From Candidatus Woesearchaeota archaeon (GTDB lineage: Archaea > Nanobdellota > Nanobdellia > SCGC-AAA011-G17 > JACPIM01): 64,000 nt of DNA. The translations under genes were made by a program, and so were the position numbers. This document shows, piece after piece, positions 19,135-27,971 of this stretch (position 1 is its first letter; each line of letters opens with the position of its first letter). The stretch spans positions 1-64,000 of the forward strand of contig CAZELK010000004.1 of assembly GCA_964513145.1 (NCBI GenBank). The letters run 5' to 3'. The notes under the pieces are model-generated. The model saw only the letters and a list, made by a program, of their open reading frames with translations, did no database searches and was not told the DNA's origin.

Positions 19135-19261
19135 TCTAAATATATAATTTAATTATATTTAAATCTTTCTATGATTTTTCTAAAAATTCTTCAAAAAAAG
19201 AAGATAAAATTTGTGATATTTTCAATAAAAAAGTAAAAAAATTACGCTGATTTAAAAATAG

Positions 19262-19513
19262 TTACAAAGAACTCCAGTCAGAATGACCCCATTGAATTAA
19301 TAAATCTACATCTAAAACAGGTATATCGCAGGCACCCCAGCACGATCCCAGCCAGATAATTATGGTAGCTTTAGTTTTTTCTTCCAAATATTTTGATATT
19401 TCAGTTGCCTTTTCCTTTAATCCATCTGGCAATTGAATGCAAACTAATTTAGCTTTTTCTTTTATAATATTTTCAGCTGCTTTTTCAAGTTCTAAATCAT
19501 ACTTTAATTCCAT
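19262..19513 (-). CDS. dph2: Diphthamide synthesis Dph2, N-terminal domain only (83 aa)
   Basis: VCIQLPDGLK, GSCWGACD, LLIQWGHS, then stop. Confidence 0.75.
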   Translation of the reverse strand: MELKYDLELEKAAENIIKEKAKLVCIQLPDGLKEKATEISKYLEEKTKATIIIWLGSCWGACDIPVLDVDLLIQWGHSDWSSL

Positions 19514-19618
19514 AGAAAAATCTAATTTAAAGACCTTTTAAAATATACTGATTATATGTAATTACTTAAGAATAGTTAAATAAGAAAGCTTTAAATACAG
19601 TTATTCTAAATAAAAATC

Positions 19619-20815
19619 ATGCAAAAGATTGATTTAAAAAATGGTCTTGCAGTTTATTTAGACCCTAAAAATTTCGGAATAAGTGCTGCATATTTATACA
19701 TAAATTCAGGTAGCGGACATGATAAAATTCCTCAAACTGCCCATTTGTTAGAACATTTGCAAGCTAATAATGCTAAAGTCTATGGCGAAAGCGGCAAGTT
19801 AAATTATTCTCATTGTAATGCAAAAACAGAAAGAAAAAGAACCTCTTATTATTTTAGAAACATATTGCCAGAAGATTTAGAATTAGCTGTCAAAAATTTA
19901 TCATTAGCTTTTTCTCAACCTAATAAATTAATTTTAGAAAGAGAAAAAGAAGCAGTGAGACATGAATTATCTCCGTATGATTCTGAATTAAATGAATTTG
20001 CAGAAAGAGCCTCTGATTTATTATTTCCTGTATTTAGAAAAAAAATACCAAGTACGAAAAAAAGTTTGAGCTTATTAAACGAAATTAAATATGAAACAGC
20101 TAATGAATTTTGGGATGAACATTACGATCCAGCAAATGCTTTTTTCTATATTTGTGGCGATATAAATGATGCAGATAAATATTTGAATTTTTTAGGAAAT
20201 CTTCCTACTAGAAATCATAAGTCAAAGCCTTTGGAAAAGGAAGATGAAGTTGAATTAAAACAGAGGATAGAACTTAAGGAAAAAATAAGACCAGATAATA
20301 TAGCAACAATGCAAATAACTTATCAATCTCCTTGTTTCCCGCATCAATTATCTTTTAAAGATGATGTAGCTATCTGGATATTAACAAAATACCTTAGTTC
20401 TACTTTCGGCATTTTATATAAGAAATTAAGGGATGAACATAATTTGTGTTATAATTTGAGTGTAAGTTCTGATAGGGAAATTGGCAAATTAATGGCTCTT
20501 GGTTTTTCAACTTCAACACAGCCAGGTTTAATTGAAAAAGTAGAAAATGAATGGTTAAAATCTCTTGAGCATATAACTAAAAATAGTATTTCCCAAGAAC
20601 ATTTGGATACATTCAGAAACATTGAAAAAATAAAAACAATTAAACAGAAAGTGGGTTATGATAATGTTGATGATTTAGAGCTTAAATTAGATATGGGAAT
20701 TTCTATTGAAGAAGTATTGCAAACTTTAAATCAGTTGACAACTGATGACATAAGGAAAGCATCTAAAATATTTGTAGAAAGACCTTACTTAATAAGCATA
20801 GCTCTTCCAAAATAA
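19619..20815 (+). CDS. M16-family (pitrilysin-like) metallopeptidase
   Basis: Inverted zinc motif AHLLEHL; C-terminal LRDEHNLCY. Confidence 0.85.
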   Translation: MQKIDLKNGLAVYLDPKNFGISAAYLYINSGSGHDKIPQTAHLLEHLQANNAKVYGESGKLNYSHCNAKTERKRTSYYFRNILPEDLELAVKNLSLAFSQPNKLILEREKEAVRHELSPYDSELNEFAERASDLLFPVFRKKIPSTKKSLSLLNEIKYETANEFWDEHYDPANAFFYICGDINDADKYLNFLGNLPTRNHKSKPLEKEDEVELKQRIELKEKIRPDNIATMQITYQSPCFPHQLSFKDDVAIWILTKYLSSTFGILYKKLRDEHNLCYNLSVSSDREIGKLMALGFSTSTQPGLIEKVENEWLKSLEHITKNSISQEHLDTFRNIEKIKTIKQKVGYDNVDDLELKLDMGISIEEVLQTLNQLTTDDIRKASKIFVERPYLISIALPK

Positions 20816-20862
20816 TTGTTTAAAATAAAAGTATTTATTAATAATATTAGTTAAATAAACTT

Positions 20863-21156
20863 ATGAACTTCAACGAAAAAGTTTACAAATTATGTAAAGA
20901 AATACCAAAATGCAAAGTAAGCACATATAAAGAAATAGCAAGAAAATTAAATTCTAAAGCTTATAGATCTGTTGGCAATGCTTTAAATAAAAATAAAGAT
21001 ACAAAAAATATCCCTTGCTTTAAAATAGTAAATTCAAATGGTAAGCTCGGTGGTTACTCAAATGGGATAAAAAATAAAATAAAAAAACTAAAAAAAGAAG
21101 GCATTGAAATTAAAAATAATAAAATAGATTTAAAAAAATATCTGCATAAATTTTGA
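20863..21156 (+). CDS. MGMT/Ogt-family DNA-binding domain protein
   Basis: STYKEIA...AYRSVGNAL...IPCFKIV...LGGY. Confidence 0.8.
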   Translation: MNFNEKVYKLCKEIPKCKVSTYKEIARKLNSKAYRSVGNALNKNKDTKNIPCFKIVNSNGKLGGYSNGIKNKIKKLKKEGIEIKNNKIDLKKYLHKF

Positions 21157-21196
21157 ATTAGTAATATTTATAAACAAGATTTTTAACAATTTTAGT

Positions 21197-21580
21197 ATGT
21201 TATACGGCGTGGATGAAAATGGGTCAATCTTTGAAGTTAATGTAAACTATGAAGCTGTATGGGACTCATTAAGATTGAAAGATTGGCAAAGAAGATCTGC
21301 TAAAAACATTGTAGAATCTTTTGATTCGAATGCAGACCCAACTTCAAGAAATGAATTATACAAAACTAGAAAAGAATTAGAAAAAGCAGGCGAAGTTACT
21401 ATAATAAATGGCGAGCTTAAGGAATATGCTGGCAGATTAAATTTAGCAGAAAAGATTGATAATGTTAAAACTAATTTGGTAAACAAGTTAATTGAAGTCG
21501 GCATATTACAAAGGCACCCAATATTGCCAAAATACGCATTAAATCCAAAAAGATTAAGCAGATTGGAAAGAAAATTTTAA
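21197..21580 (+). CDS. Hypothetical protein
   Basis: 127-aa ORF preceded by a TATA-like sequence. Confidence 0.55.
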   Translation: MLYGVDENGSIFEVNVNYEAVWDSLRLKDWQRRSAKNIVESFDSNADPTSRNELYKTRKELEKAGEVTIINGELKEYAGRLNLAEKIDNVKTNLVNKLIEVGILQRHPILPKYALNPKRLSRLERKF

Positions 21581-21582
21581 AA

Positions 21583-22524
21583 TTATTTTTTGTTTAGTTT
21601 CTCTTTTAATATTTTATATTCTTTAATAAACAAATCAATAGTTGGTTTTAAATTTTTATTTATTTCATAGTCCTTTAATGAATTATAATACTCTATGCGA
21701 TTTATAAAATATATATTTATGGGTGGGAGCTTATGTTTTATTAAAATATTATTTAAAAGAATTCTTCCAACCCTCCCATTTCCATCTCTAAAAGGATGAA
21801 TGTTCTCAAATTGATTATGTATCACTGCTCCAAGAACCAATGCTGGGCATGTGTTTTTATTTAAATTATACCAAGTTATCATTTCTTTTAATAAATGAAT
21901 TATTCTCTGTTGTTGTGCCCCTTCATGAACAACATTTCCATGATTATCCATAACAACCACTTCTTCTCCCTTTTTCCTGAATTTTCCGGCAAAGGGCTTT
22001 GAATTTTTAAAAACAATCTTATGAATTTCTTTAATAAGTTCTATTGAGACATAATCCTTAGTATTTCTAATAAATGCTATGGCTTCATTAACACCATAAG
22101 CTTCGGCAATATCGTCTTTAGACCTATCTGGCCATTGATCTCGTTCTAATAAATTTTTTACTTCCTTTTGATTAAGCTTGCTTCCTTCTATTGCATTGGT
22201 GTTATAAGTAAATATTTCAGAAAATAATTTCCAGTCATTTTCAGATAAGTGATTTATTTTTATTGGTATATCAAGTTCTATTCGTTTTATTAAGTCAATT
22301 TCTTCTTGTGAAAGCTTAAAATTTAAAGGGTCTTTTATGATGTTGTATTTGTGTATTTCTTCAAGAATAAGTTTTTCAGCTATTAATTTTCTTTCCTTAA
22401 GTTTTTCATTGGTTAAATCCTGCCCGAGATATTTCCTGAATTTATGTATTTTTAGCCCTTCTCTGTAAGAATGTGCAAGATAATATTTTCTTTTGTTTTT
22501 TGATTCTCTTTTCTCTATGTACAT
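21583..22524 (-). CDS. Fic-family protein
   Basis: YNTNAIEG and canonical HPFRDGNGRVGR. Confidence 0.92.
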   Translation of the reverse strand: MYIEKRESKNKRKYYLAHSYREGLKIHKFRKYLGQDLTNEKLKERKLIAEKLILEEIHKYNIIKDPLNFKLSQEEIDLIKRIELDIPIKINHLSENDWKLFSEIFTYNTNAIEGSKLNQKEVKNLLERDQWPDRSKDDIAEAYGVNEAIAFIRNTKDYVSIELIKEIHKIVFKNSKPFAGKFRKKGEEVVVMDNHGNVVHEGAQQQRIIHLLKEMITWYNLNKNTCPALVLGAVIHNQFENIHPFRDGNGRVGRILLNNILIKHKLPPINIYFINRIEYYNSLKDYEINKNLKPTIDLFIKEYKILKEKLNKK

Positions 22525-22592
22525 AAATTAATATAGGTGACTACATATTTAAGCTTTTTCTTTAAGGTGACTACATTTTACTTAATTTGTGG

Positions 22593-24248
22593 TCACCTAG
22601 CTATTCTGGTTATATCCAGCTCTAAAGCACTGACAGGAACTTCTAATTCAAAATTTGTTAAAACTAAAGGGCTTATTTCTCCAAAAAAACCAGCTTCCCT
22701 GTCATTAATAAATATAGAGGCACATCTCCCTTCAATAAATGAATTATGTTTTAATTCTTTTAATCTAATATCTAAATTTAAAATTCTGCCTAAATAATCA
22801 ACAACTTGTTTCACTTCTGTAAAATTTGTTTTTTCATGTGCAATCACGCATGATAATTTAGTAACATTTCTGGATTTAACTTCTTCCTTCTCATCATAAA
22901 TAACAGCATCATTAATCTCAAATATTTTTTGTGGATAATCTTTATTTCTGTTATTGACTAGTAATTTAATCAGTTCAGGCAATAGCCATGATCTAACCAT
23001 GTTTATTGTCATTTCTTTTACAGAGCCTAAATTTACACATTTCATTTCAGGCAAATTCATTTTTTTAAACTGGTCATTTTTGTTTGTTAAAGCAAATGTC
23101 AAAGACTCAATAAATCCCAACCCAATAAATAATTCCTTTAATCTGTCCACAAACTTGTTTTCAGGAAATTCTTCGGCAATTGAGTGAACATAAGTTAATC
23201 TTGGTTCCAAATTATTAAATCCATAAGCCCTGGCTATATCATCAATAACATCAACATCATGCCATATATCTGTCCTGTATTTTGGAATTAAAACTGTAAT
23301 TTTTTCTTTTGAAACTGAGACTCCGTAATTCATTTTTTTTAATAATTCAGAAATTTTCTTGGAATTTAATTCAATGCCGAGAATTTTATTTACATCTTTT
23401 AATTTAATTTCTTTTTTTTCTGGTGTTAAATCTGGTTTTATTATTTTCTTATTTCCATAATGATGCTCTACAGAGTAAATTTCCCCACCCATGTCAGATA
23501 AAGTAGTCGCAATTATGTTCAAGACCTGCTCGCAAGCATTAAAATCATGGCCAGAACATTCTATAAATACATCTTTAGTTTTCTCTGTAACTTTGCCTAG
23601 TTCATGTGCATTTATAATTGGGGGCATTGATAGCACTTTGTTCATAGAATCAACAAAAACAGGATACCTATCATAACTTTTTAATAAATCTGCATATTTT
23701 ATTCCTGCAGGATGTTTCTCTAAGATTTCTCTTGCACTTAATTCATGGGTAAATTCTAAAGGCCTGAATTTGATTTCTTCTGGCTTTAATGCCAGATATT
23801 TTATTGGTGATTTAATATTTTCCAGCGGGTAAATGCCTATGGATGTCTTTTTCCTTTTTCTTGCAAAAGTATTATGTATCTTTTCCTGAACATTTATTAT
23901 TTCTTTTATTTTTTCATAATCTAATTTTAAATTCTTTACAACAGCAGCGACAGTAAAAGGTCTTATGTTGTTTACAGAATTATCTATTATTAATTTAATA
24001 TCTGATTTCTTGATTTTATATTCACATAAACCAGTTTTTTTTCCGATATATGCTTTTAATAACCTGCCTAAACCCTGGGTTGATAATAAATCTGGTCTGT
24101 TTGGGGTAATTTCAATTTTTATGTCATTTTTTTCTACAGATTCTAATTCAAAGCCAAGATTAAATAAAATTTCATATAATTGTTTTTCAGTCAAATTCTT
24201 TCCAATTGATTTATTTAATTCTTTAAAAGTTGTTTCTAAGATTACCAT
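22593..24248 (-). CDS. pheT: Phenylalanine-tRNA ligase beta subunit (archaeal type)
   Basis: EITPNRPDLLS, VLSMPPIIN, YRTDIWHDVDVIDDIA. Confidence 0.95.
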   Translation of the reverse strand: MVILETTFKELNKSIGKNLTEKQLYEILFNLGFELESVEKNDIKIEITPNRPDLLSTQGLGRLLKAYIGKKTGLCEYKIKKSDIKLIIDNSVNNIRPFTVAAVVKNLKLDYEKIKEIINVQEKIHNTFARKRKKTSIGIYPLENIKSPIKYLALKPEEIKFRPLEFTHELSAREILEKHPAGIKYADLLKSYDRYPVFVDSMNKVLSMPPIINAHELGKVTEKTKDVFIECSGHDFNACEQVLNIIATTLSDMGGEIYSVEHHYGNKKIIKPDLTPEKKEIKLKDVNKILGIELNSKKISELLKKMNYGVSVSKEKITVLIPKYRTDIWHDVDVIDDIARAYGFNNLEPRLTYVHSIAEEFPENKFVDRLKELFIGLGFIESLTFALTNKNDQFKKMNLPEMKCVNLGSVKEMTINMVRSWLLPELIKLLVNNRNKDYPQKIFEINDAVIYDEKEEVKSRNVTKLSCVIAHEKTNFTEVKQVVDYLGRILNLDIRLKELKHNSFIEGRCASIFINDREAGFFGEISPLVLTNFELEVPVSALELDITRIAR

Positions 24249-25750
24249 TTTATGTTAAAACTCCTCAGCCAGTTTAAATCCGAATTATGACCAAATAAAT
24301 TTCTAATATCTTTTTTCTTGTAAATCATCATTGCCAGTCTCTCTAAACCAAAACCCCACGCAATAACAGGCACTTTAATTCCATAAGGTTCTAAAGATTC
24401 TGGCCTAAAAATTCCAGAATTAATTAATTCAACCCACTTTCCTAATTCTTCATTATATCCAGATGCTTCAACAGATGGCTGCGTATACGGATTATAAGTA
24501 GGTTTAAATTTTATTTTGTGAATTCCTAATTTTGAATAAAATTCTTTTATATATCCCATTAAATCCCTTAAATTTAATCCTTCATCCATTACAAAACCTT
24601 CTACTTGGTAAAATTCCGGTAAATGCGTCTGGTCTATTGCTTCATTTCTAAATACCCTTCCAATAGAAAAATATTTTGCAGGATATTTTATATTTTTGGA
24701 ATGAAAATATCTGTATGTTGTAGCTGTAGTATGCGTCCTTAAAATTAATTGCTTTGCAATCTCGGGGTTCCATTTGTATTTATATCCTTTAGACCCGGTA
24801 TTTCCCCCATGCTCATGAACTTCTGCAACTTTTTTAGATAATTTTTCTGGAATAGATCCTTTATATGGCAAATAAAAAGTATCCTGCACTTCTCTTGAAG
24901 GATGGTCTTGTGGTATCCACATAGAATCCATGCACCAGAAGGCAGTGTCTACCCACTGGGACTTCATTTCTTTAAACCCCAAATTCATAAAAATTTTTCT
25001 AACATCATTAATAACTAGTGTTAAAGGATGTAATCTCCCGCCATAAATCTTTGGTGTTGTTGAATAAATATTATAGTGCCTAAATTCTTTATTTATCCAA
25101 GAACCAGCTTTTAACATATCAGTTGTCAAAGTTTCAATATAATTATCATTAAGATCATGCTTTAAGATTTCCTCGCCGAAACTGGTAATTATAATTGTTT
25201 TTAATTTTGTTTGCTCAACTTTTATAATATTTCTTCGTTTTTTTATTTCAGACAAAACAAATGCCTCTTCTTTTGTTAATTTGTTTAATTCTAAAGGCAA
25301 TCTCTTAAGAAATCTTTCTTCTGCAAATTCTGTTTTTAACAAAATCTTTCCTTTTTCTTTTAAATAAACTTTATCTTTAATTTCTATTGCATCCCTTCTT
25401 TTTAATAATCCTAAAGAAATCCTAATTTCATCATCATTTAAACAGGCTTTTTCTTTGATTTCATTTAAAGACAAAGGCTCAATTTGAACAGAATTAAGAA
25501 ATCTTCTCTCAGGCAATCCTTCTCTTAAATATTCTTTTCCATTAATGTCTAAACCAGCTATTTCTTTTAAGTCTTCTAAAATTCTTAATATTTTTTTATC
25601 CTGCAGCCATAATAAAGCCCTGTTAACTTGCGTCTCATTTAATCCTGATAATTTTACAATAGAATTAATGTCTTTATTTGATTTTAATAATGGAATAATC
25701 TTTCTTTCAGATGGAGTTAATAGTTTAATTACACTTTCCACAGATTCCAT
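24242..25750 (-). CDS. pheS: Phenylalanine-tRNA ligase alpha subunit (archaeal type)
   Basis: PQDHPSREVQDTF, LRTHTT, RVFRNE, FYQVEG, YTQPS, WGFGLERL. Confidence 0.95.
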   Translation of the reverse strand: MESVESVIKLLTPSERKIIPLLKSNKDINSIVKLSGLNETQVNRALLWLQDKKILRILEDLKEIAGLDINGKEYLREGLPERRFLNSVQIEPLSLNEIKEKACLNDDEIRISLGLLKRRDAIEIKDKVYLKEKGKILLKTEFAEERFLKRLPLELNKLTKEEAFVLSEIKKRRNIIKVEQTKLKTIIITSFGEEILKHDLNDNYIETLTTDMLKAGSWINKEFRHYNIYSTTPKIYGGRLHPLTLVINDVRKIFMNLGFKEMKSQWVDTAFWCMDSMWIPQDHPSREVQDTFYLPYKGSIPEKLSKKVAEVHEHGGNTGSKGYKYKWNPEIAKQLILRTHTTATTYRYFHSKNIKYPAKYFSIGRVFRNEAIDQTHLPEFYQVEGFVMDEGLNLRDLMGYIKEFYSKLGIHKIKFKPTYNPYTQPSVEASGYNEELGKWVELINSGIFRPESLEPYGIKVPVIAWGFGLERLAMMIYKKKDIRNLFGHNSDLNWLRSFNIKW

Positions 25751-25791
25751 TACTAAATTTAATTGTTAGGAAGTTTAAAAAAGTTACTGAA

Positions 25792-26178
25792 TTATGAAAA
25801 GAACACGCGCTTTCTCAATTGTTTAGCTTCCTTAATTTCATAGCCTATTTTGTGTTTTGTTGCATACTCTTCCAATGTCTTTTCTAATTTCTCAGCAGCC
25901 CTACAATCAAAATAAAAACCTTTAATTACCATTGGAAAAGTGATTGGACAAGAAACAGCAGCTACATAAGAAAGTTCTACAGTTGGAAAAAGCCACAAAA
26001 AATTAGGTCCCTTGCTAATTTCTACTATATATAATAAAGGAAGAGCCTGAAAATTAATTTCTCCATGCCTTTTAACTTGAAGCTTGCCTGAGAACTCAGG
26101 AGATAATTCAAAGGTTAGATCATTAAGAGCTCTCTTTATTGAAGATTCTATAGATTCTTCTAAATTAAATTTATTCAT
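25792..26178 (-). CDS. Hypothetical protein
   Basis: 128-aa ORF co-oriented upstream of pheS. Confidence 0.5.
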   Translation of the reverse strand: MNKFNLEESIESSIKRALNDLTFELSPEFSGKLQVKRHGEINFQALPLLYIVEISKGPNFLWLFPTVELSYVAAVSCPITFPMVIKGFYFDCRAAEKLEKTLEEYATKHKIGYEIKEAKQLRKRVFFS

Positions 26179-26309
26179 TAAGCAACAATTTCTTTCTTTT
26201 CAGTCATGTCAAATTCTTCGCTACCACAAAAACAATTCATGTCTTCTGGAACAAATTCATCTATAACGAAGATTGCGCCACAACCCTTACATTTAGCTTC
26301 TACTTTCAT
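26178..26309 (-). CDS. Small Zn-ribbon protein
   Basis: MKVEAKCKGCG...MNCFCGS; start taken at ATG 26309 after GGGGG. Confidence 0.55.
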   Translation of the reverse strand: MKVEAKCKGCGAIFVIDEFVPEDMNCFCGSEEFDMTEKKEIVA

Positions 26310-26481
26310 ATTTCCCCCATAATCATAACTACTCAAGCGTAGTTTAAATATATAAATATTTGTATTTGAAATATCTATTCTAGAATATAGTTCTTTATAA
26401 AATTTACGCAAAAATATGTCCACAATACTAATTTGAGACTAATAACACAATTTAAATAATAAAAAGAAAAATTAACTTATA

Positions 26482-27156
26482 ATGAAAAAAAGAGATCATA
26501 GTCTGTTTATAATGGCTGGTGTTTTTATCTTGGTTATATCTGCAATTATCTCGGTTTATAAGAATGAATCAAAAGAAGAATTTCAAATAAATGCAGAAAC
26601 ATTTTGCTTAAATAATGTAAATTTTAAGATTAAAAGTGCTTGTATTGCCAATAGTAACTTGAAAGTAAAAATAGAAAATAATAATTTAAAAATAGAGGGT
26701 CTTAATATTATTATTCTAAATAAGACCATAAATTCTGATTCAGAAATAGACAAAGAAACAAAAGAAATAATAATTCCAATAGAAAATCTTAATTTTAAAG
26801 ATATTTTAGTTTCAGCCAAAATTAATTTTAATAATAGAATAATTCAATGTAATAACTTTCAAGCATACAAAGATATAGATTCTTGTGATAAATCATGTTA
26901 TGATAACACACCTTATAATAAATGTTCTGAAAATAAGCCTTTATTTTGTAATAATGGAAAATTAATTGAGAAGTGTAAAATATGTGGCTGTAATAATAGT
27001 GAATTTTGCAATAACCAAAGTTGCTCTAATTGCAAAGAGAGCTGGTTCTGCGGCGAATTGTCAGAATGTATAAACAAAAAACAAACCAGAAACTGTTTTG
27101 ATGCAAATAACTGTGGTACTACATTTAACAAGCCCTTAATTGAACAAAGTTGTTAA
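26482..27156 (+). CDS. Membrane-anchored Cys-rich surface protein
   Basis: N-terminal TM; C-terminal Cys-rich region (W.CGELSECINKKQTR.C.D.NNC). Confidence 0.7.
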   Translation: MKKRDHSLFIMAGVFILVISAIISVYKNESKEEFQINAETFCLNNVNFKIKSACIANSNLKVKIENNNLKIEGLNIIILNKTINSDSEIDKETKEIIIPIENLNFKDILVSAKINFNNRIIQCNNFQAYKDIDSCDKSCYDNTPYNKCSENKPLFCNNGKLIEKCKICGCNNSEFCNNQSCSNCKESWFCGELSECINKKQTRNCFDANNCGTTFNKPLIEQSC

Positions 27157-27183
27157 TCATTGAAAATTCCAGTTGTTTAAAAA

Positions 27184-27370
27184 TGACGTCCTCCACGCCA
27201 TGAATGGCGTGGTTTCCAACAGAAGCATTAATCACTTCTGTATATAGTTCCTGAATCAACGACAATAGCCAAAACTGCTGGTCTTACATTATCTCAAACA
27301 GGCGTTACTTTTCGCTTGTCCAGCGATAGACTGCTGATGCAGTGAATGATATTAAAGAACCAAGATATTT
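27184..27370 (-). mobile_element. IS200/IS605 (TnpB-type) right-end remnant with omega-RNA-like scaffold; no tnpB ORF
   Basis: Minus strand reads ...GTAACGCCTGT...TCGTTGATTCAGGAA...GAAACCACGCCATTCATGGCGTGGAGGACGTCA; 8-bp hairpin at 27193-27212; residual peptide ...SLDKRKVTPV* resembles TnpB C-termini. Confidence 0.75.
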
Positions 27371-27408
27371 AAATGTTATTGTGATTCGGTGCTATTCAAG
27401 AAGTATTT

Positions 27409-27463
27409 TCGGAAGGTTTTCGGTTTCTTCGGAAAACTTGCGGGATTTATGAAAAGTTTCCGA
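27409..27463. repeat. Three quasi-palindromic 15-mers at 20-bp spacing
   Basis: tcggaaggttttcgg (27409), tcggaaaacttgcgg (27429), atgaaaagtttccga (27449). Confidence 0.6.
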
Positions 27464-27505
27464 CATGAGATTAACTGCAGAAATTTTTAAGAATAAAAAA
27501 TATAC

Positions 27506-27560
27506 TCCAATTCATCCATGTTCTAAAGAACATGGTTTTCTTGGATACGACTGTCATAAA
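27506..27560 (+). mobile_element. Second IS200/IS605-type subterminal hairpin end
   Basis: TCCAATTCAT-CCATGTTC-TAAA-GAACATGG-TTTTCTTGGA (stem 27516-27523 / 27528-27535). Confidence 0.6.
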
Positions 27561-27971
27561 ATCAAAAACAATTCTTTCCGGGTTATTATTTTTGAGATCT
27601 CTTCAATGATTTTTATTTAAAATAATTCTTTAAAAATATAATATGAAAAGTCGCAGTAAACTATTTGTAAACCAGATTGTTACTCCGAAAACGCGAGTTC
27701 GAATCTACAGGCAGAGCAGAAGAAAGGTGTTCGGTTCTCTTTATTTCTTGTTTCCAAATCTATAAAATTCCTCCCCTAATTAATCCCAGACTATATGTTG
27801 ACCAATCTCTTTTATTTTTATACTTCTTACCAAGTTTTTATTTTTCATGAAAGGTTATCCTCCCCCAAAAATAGCAAGAAAAACTAAGATTTAAGAGTTA
27901 CACAACACAGCAATTAAACAATAAAGCTTAAATAGTATATTTCTTCAAATTATATTAAAGGTTGATTTTAG

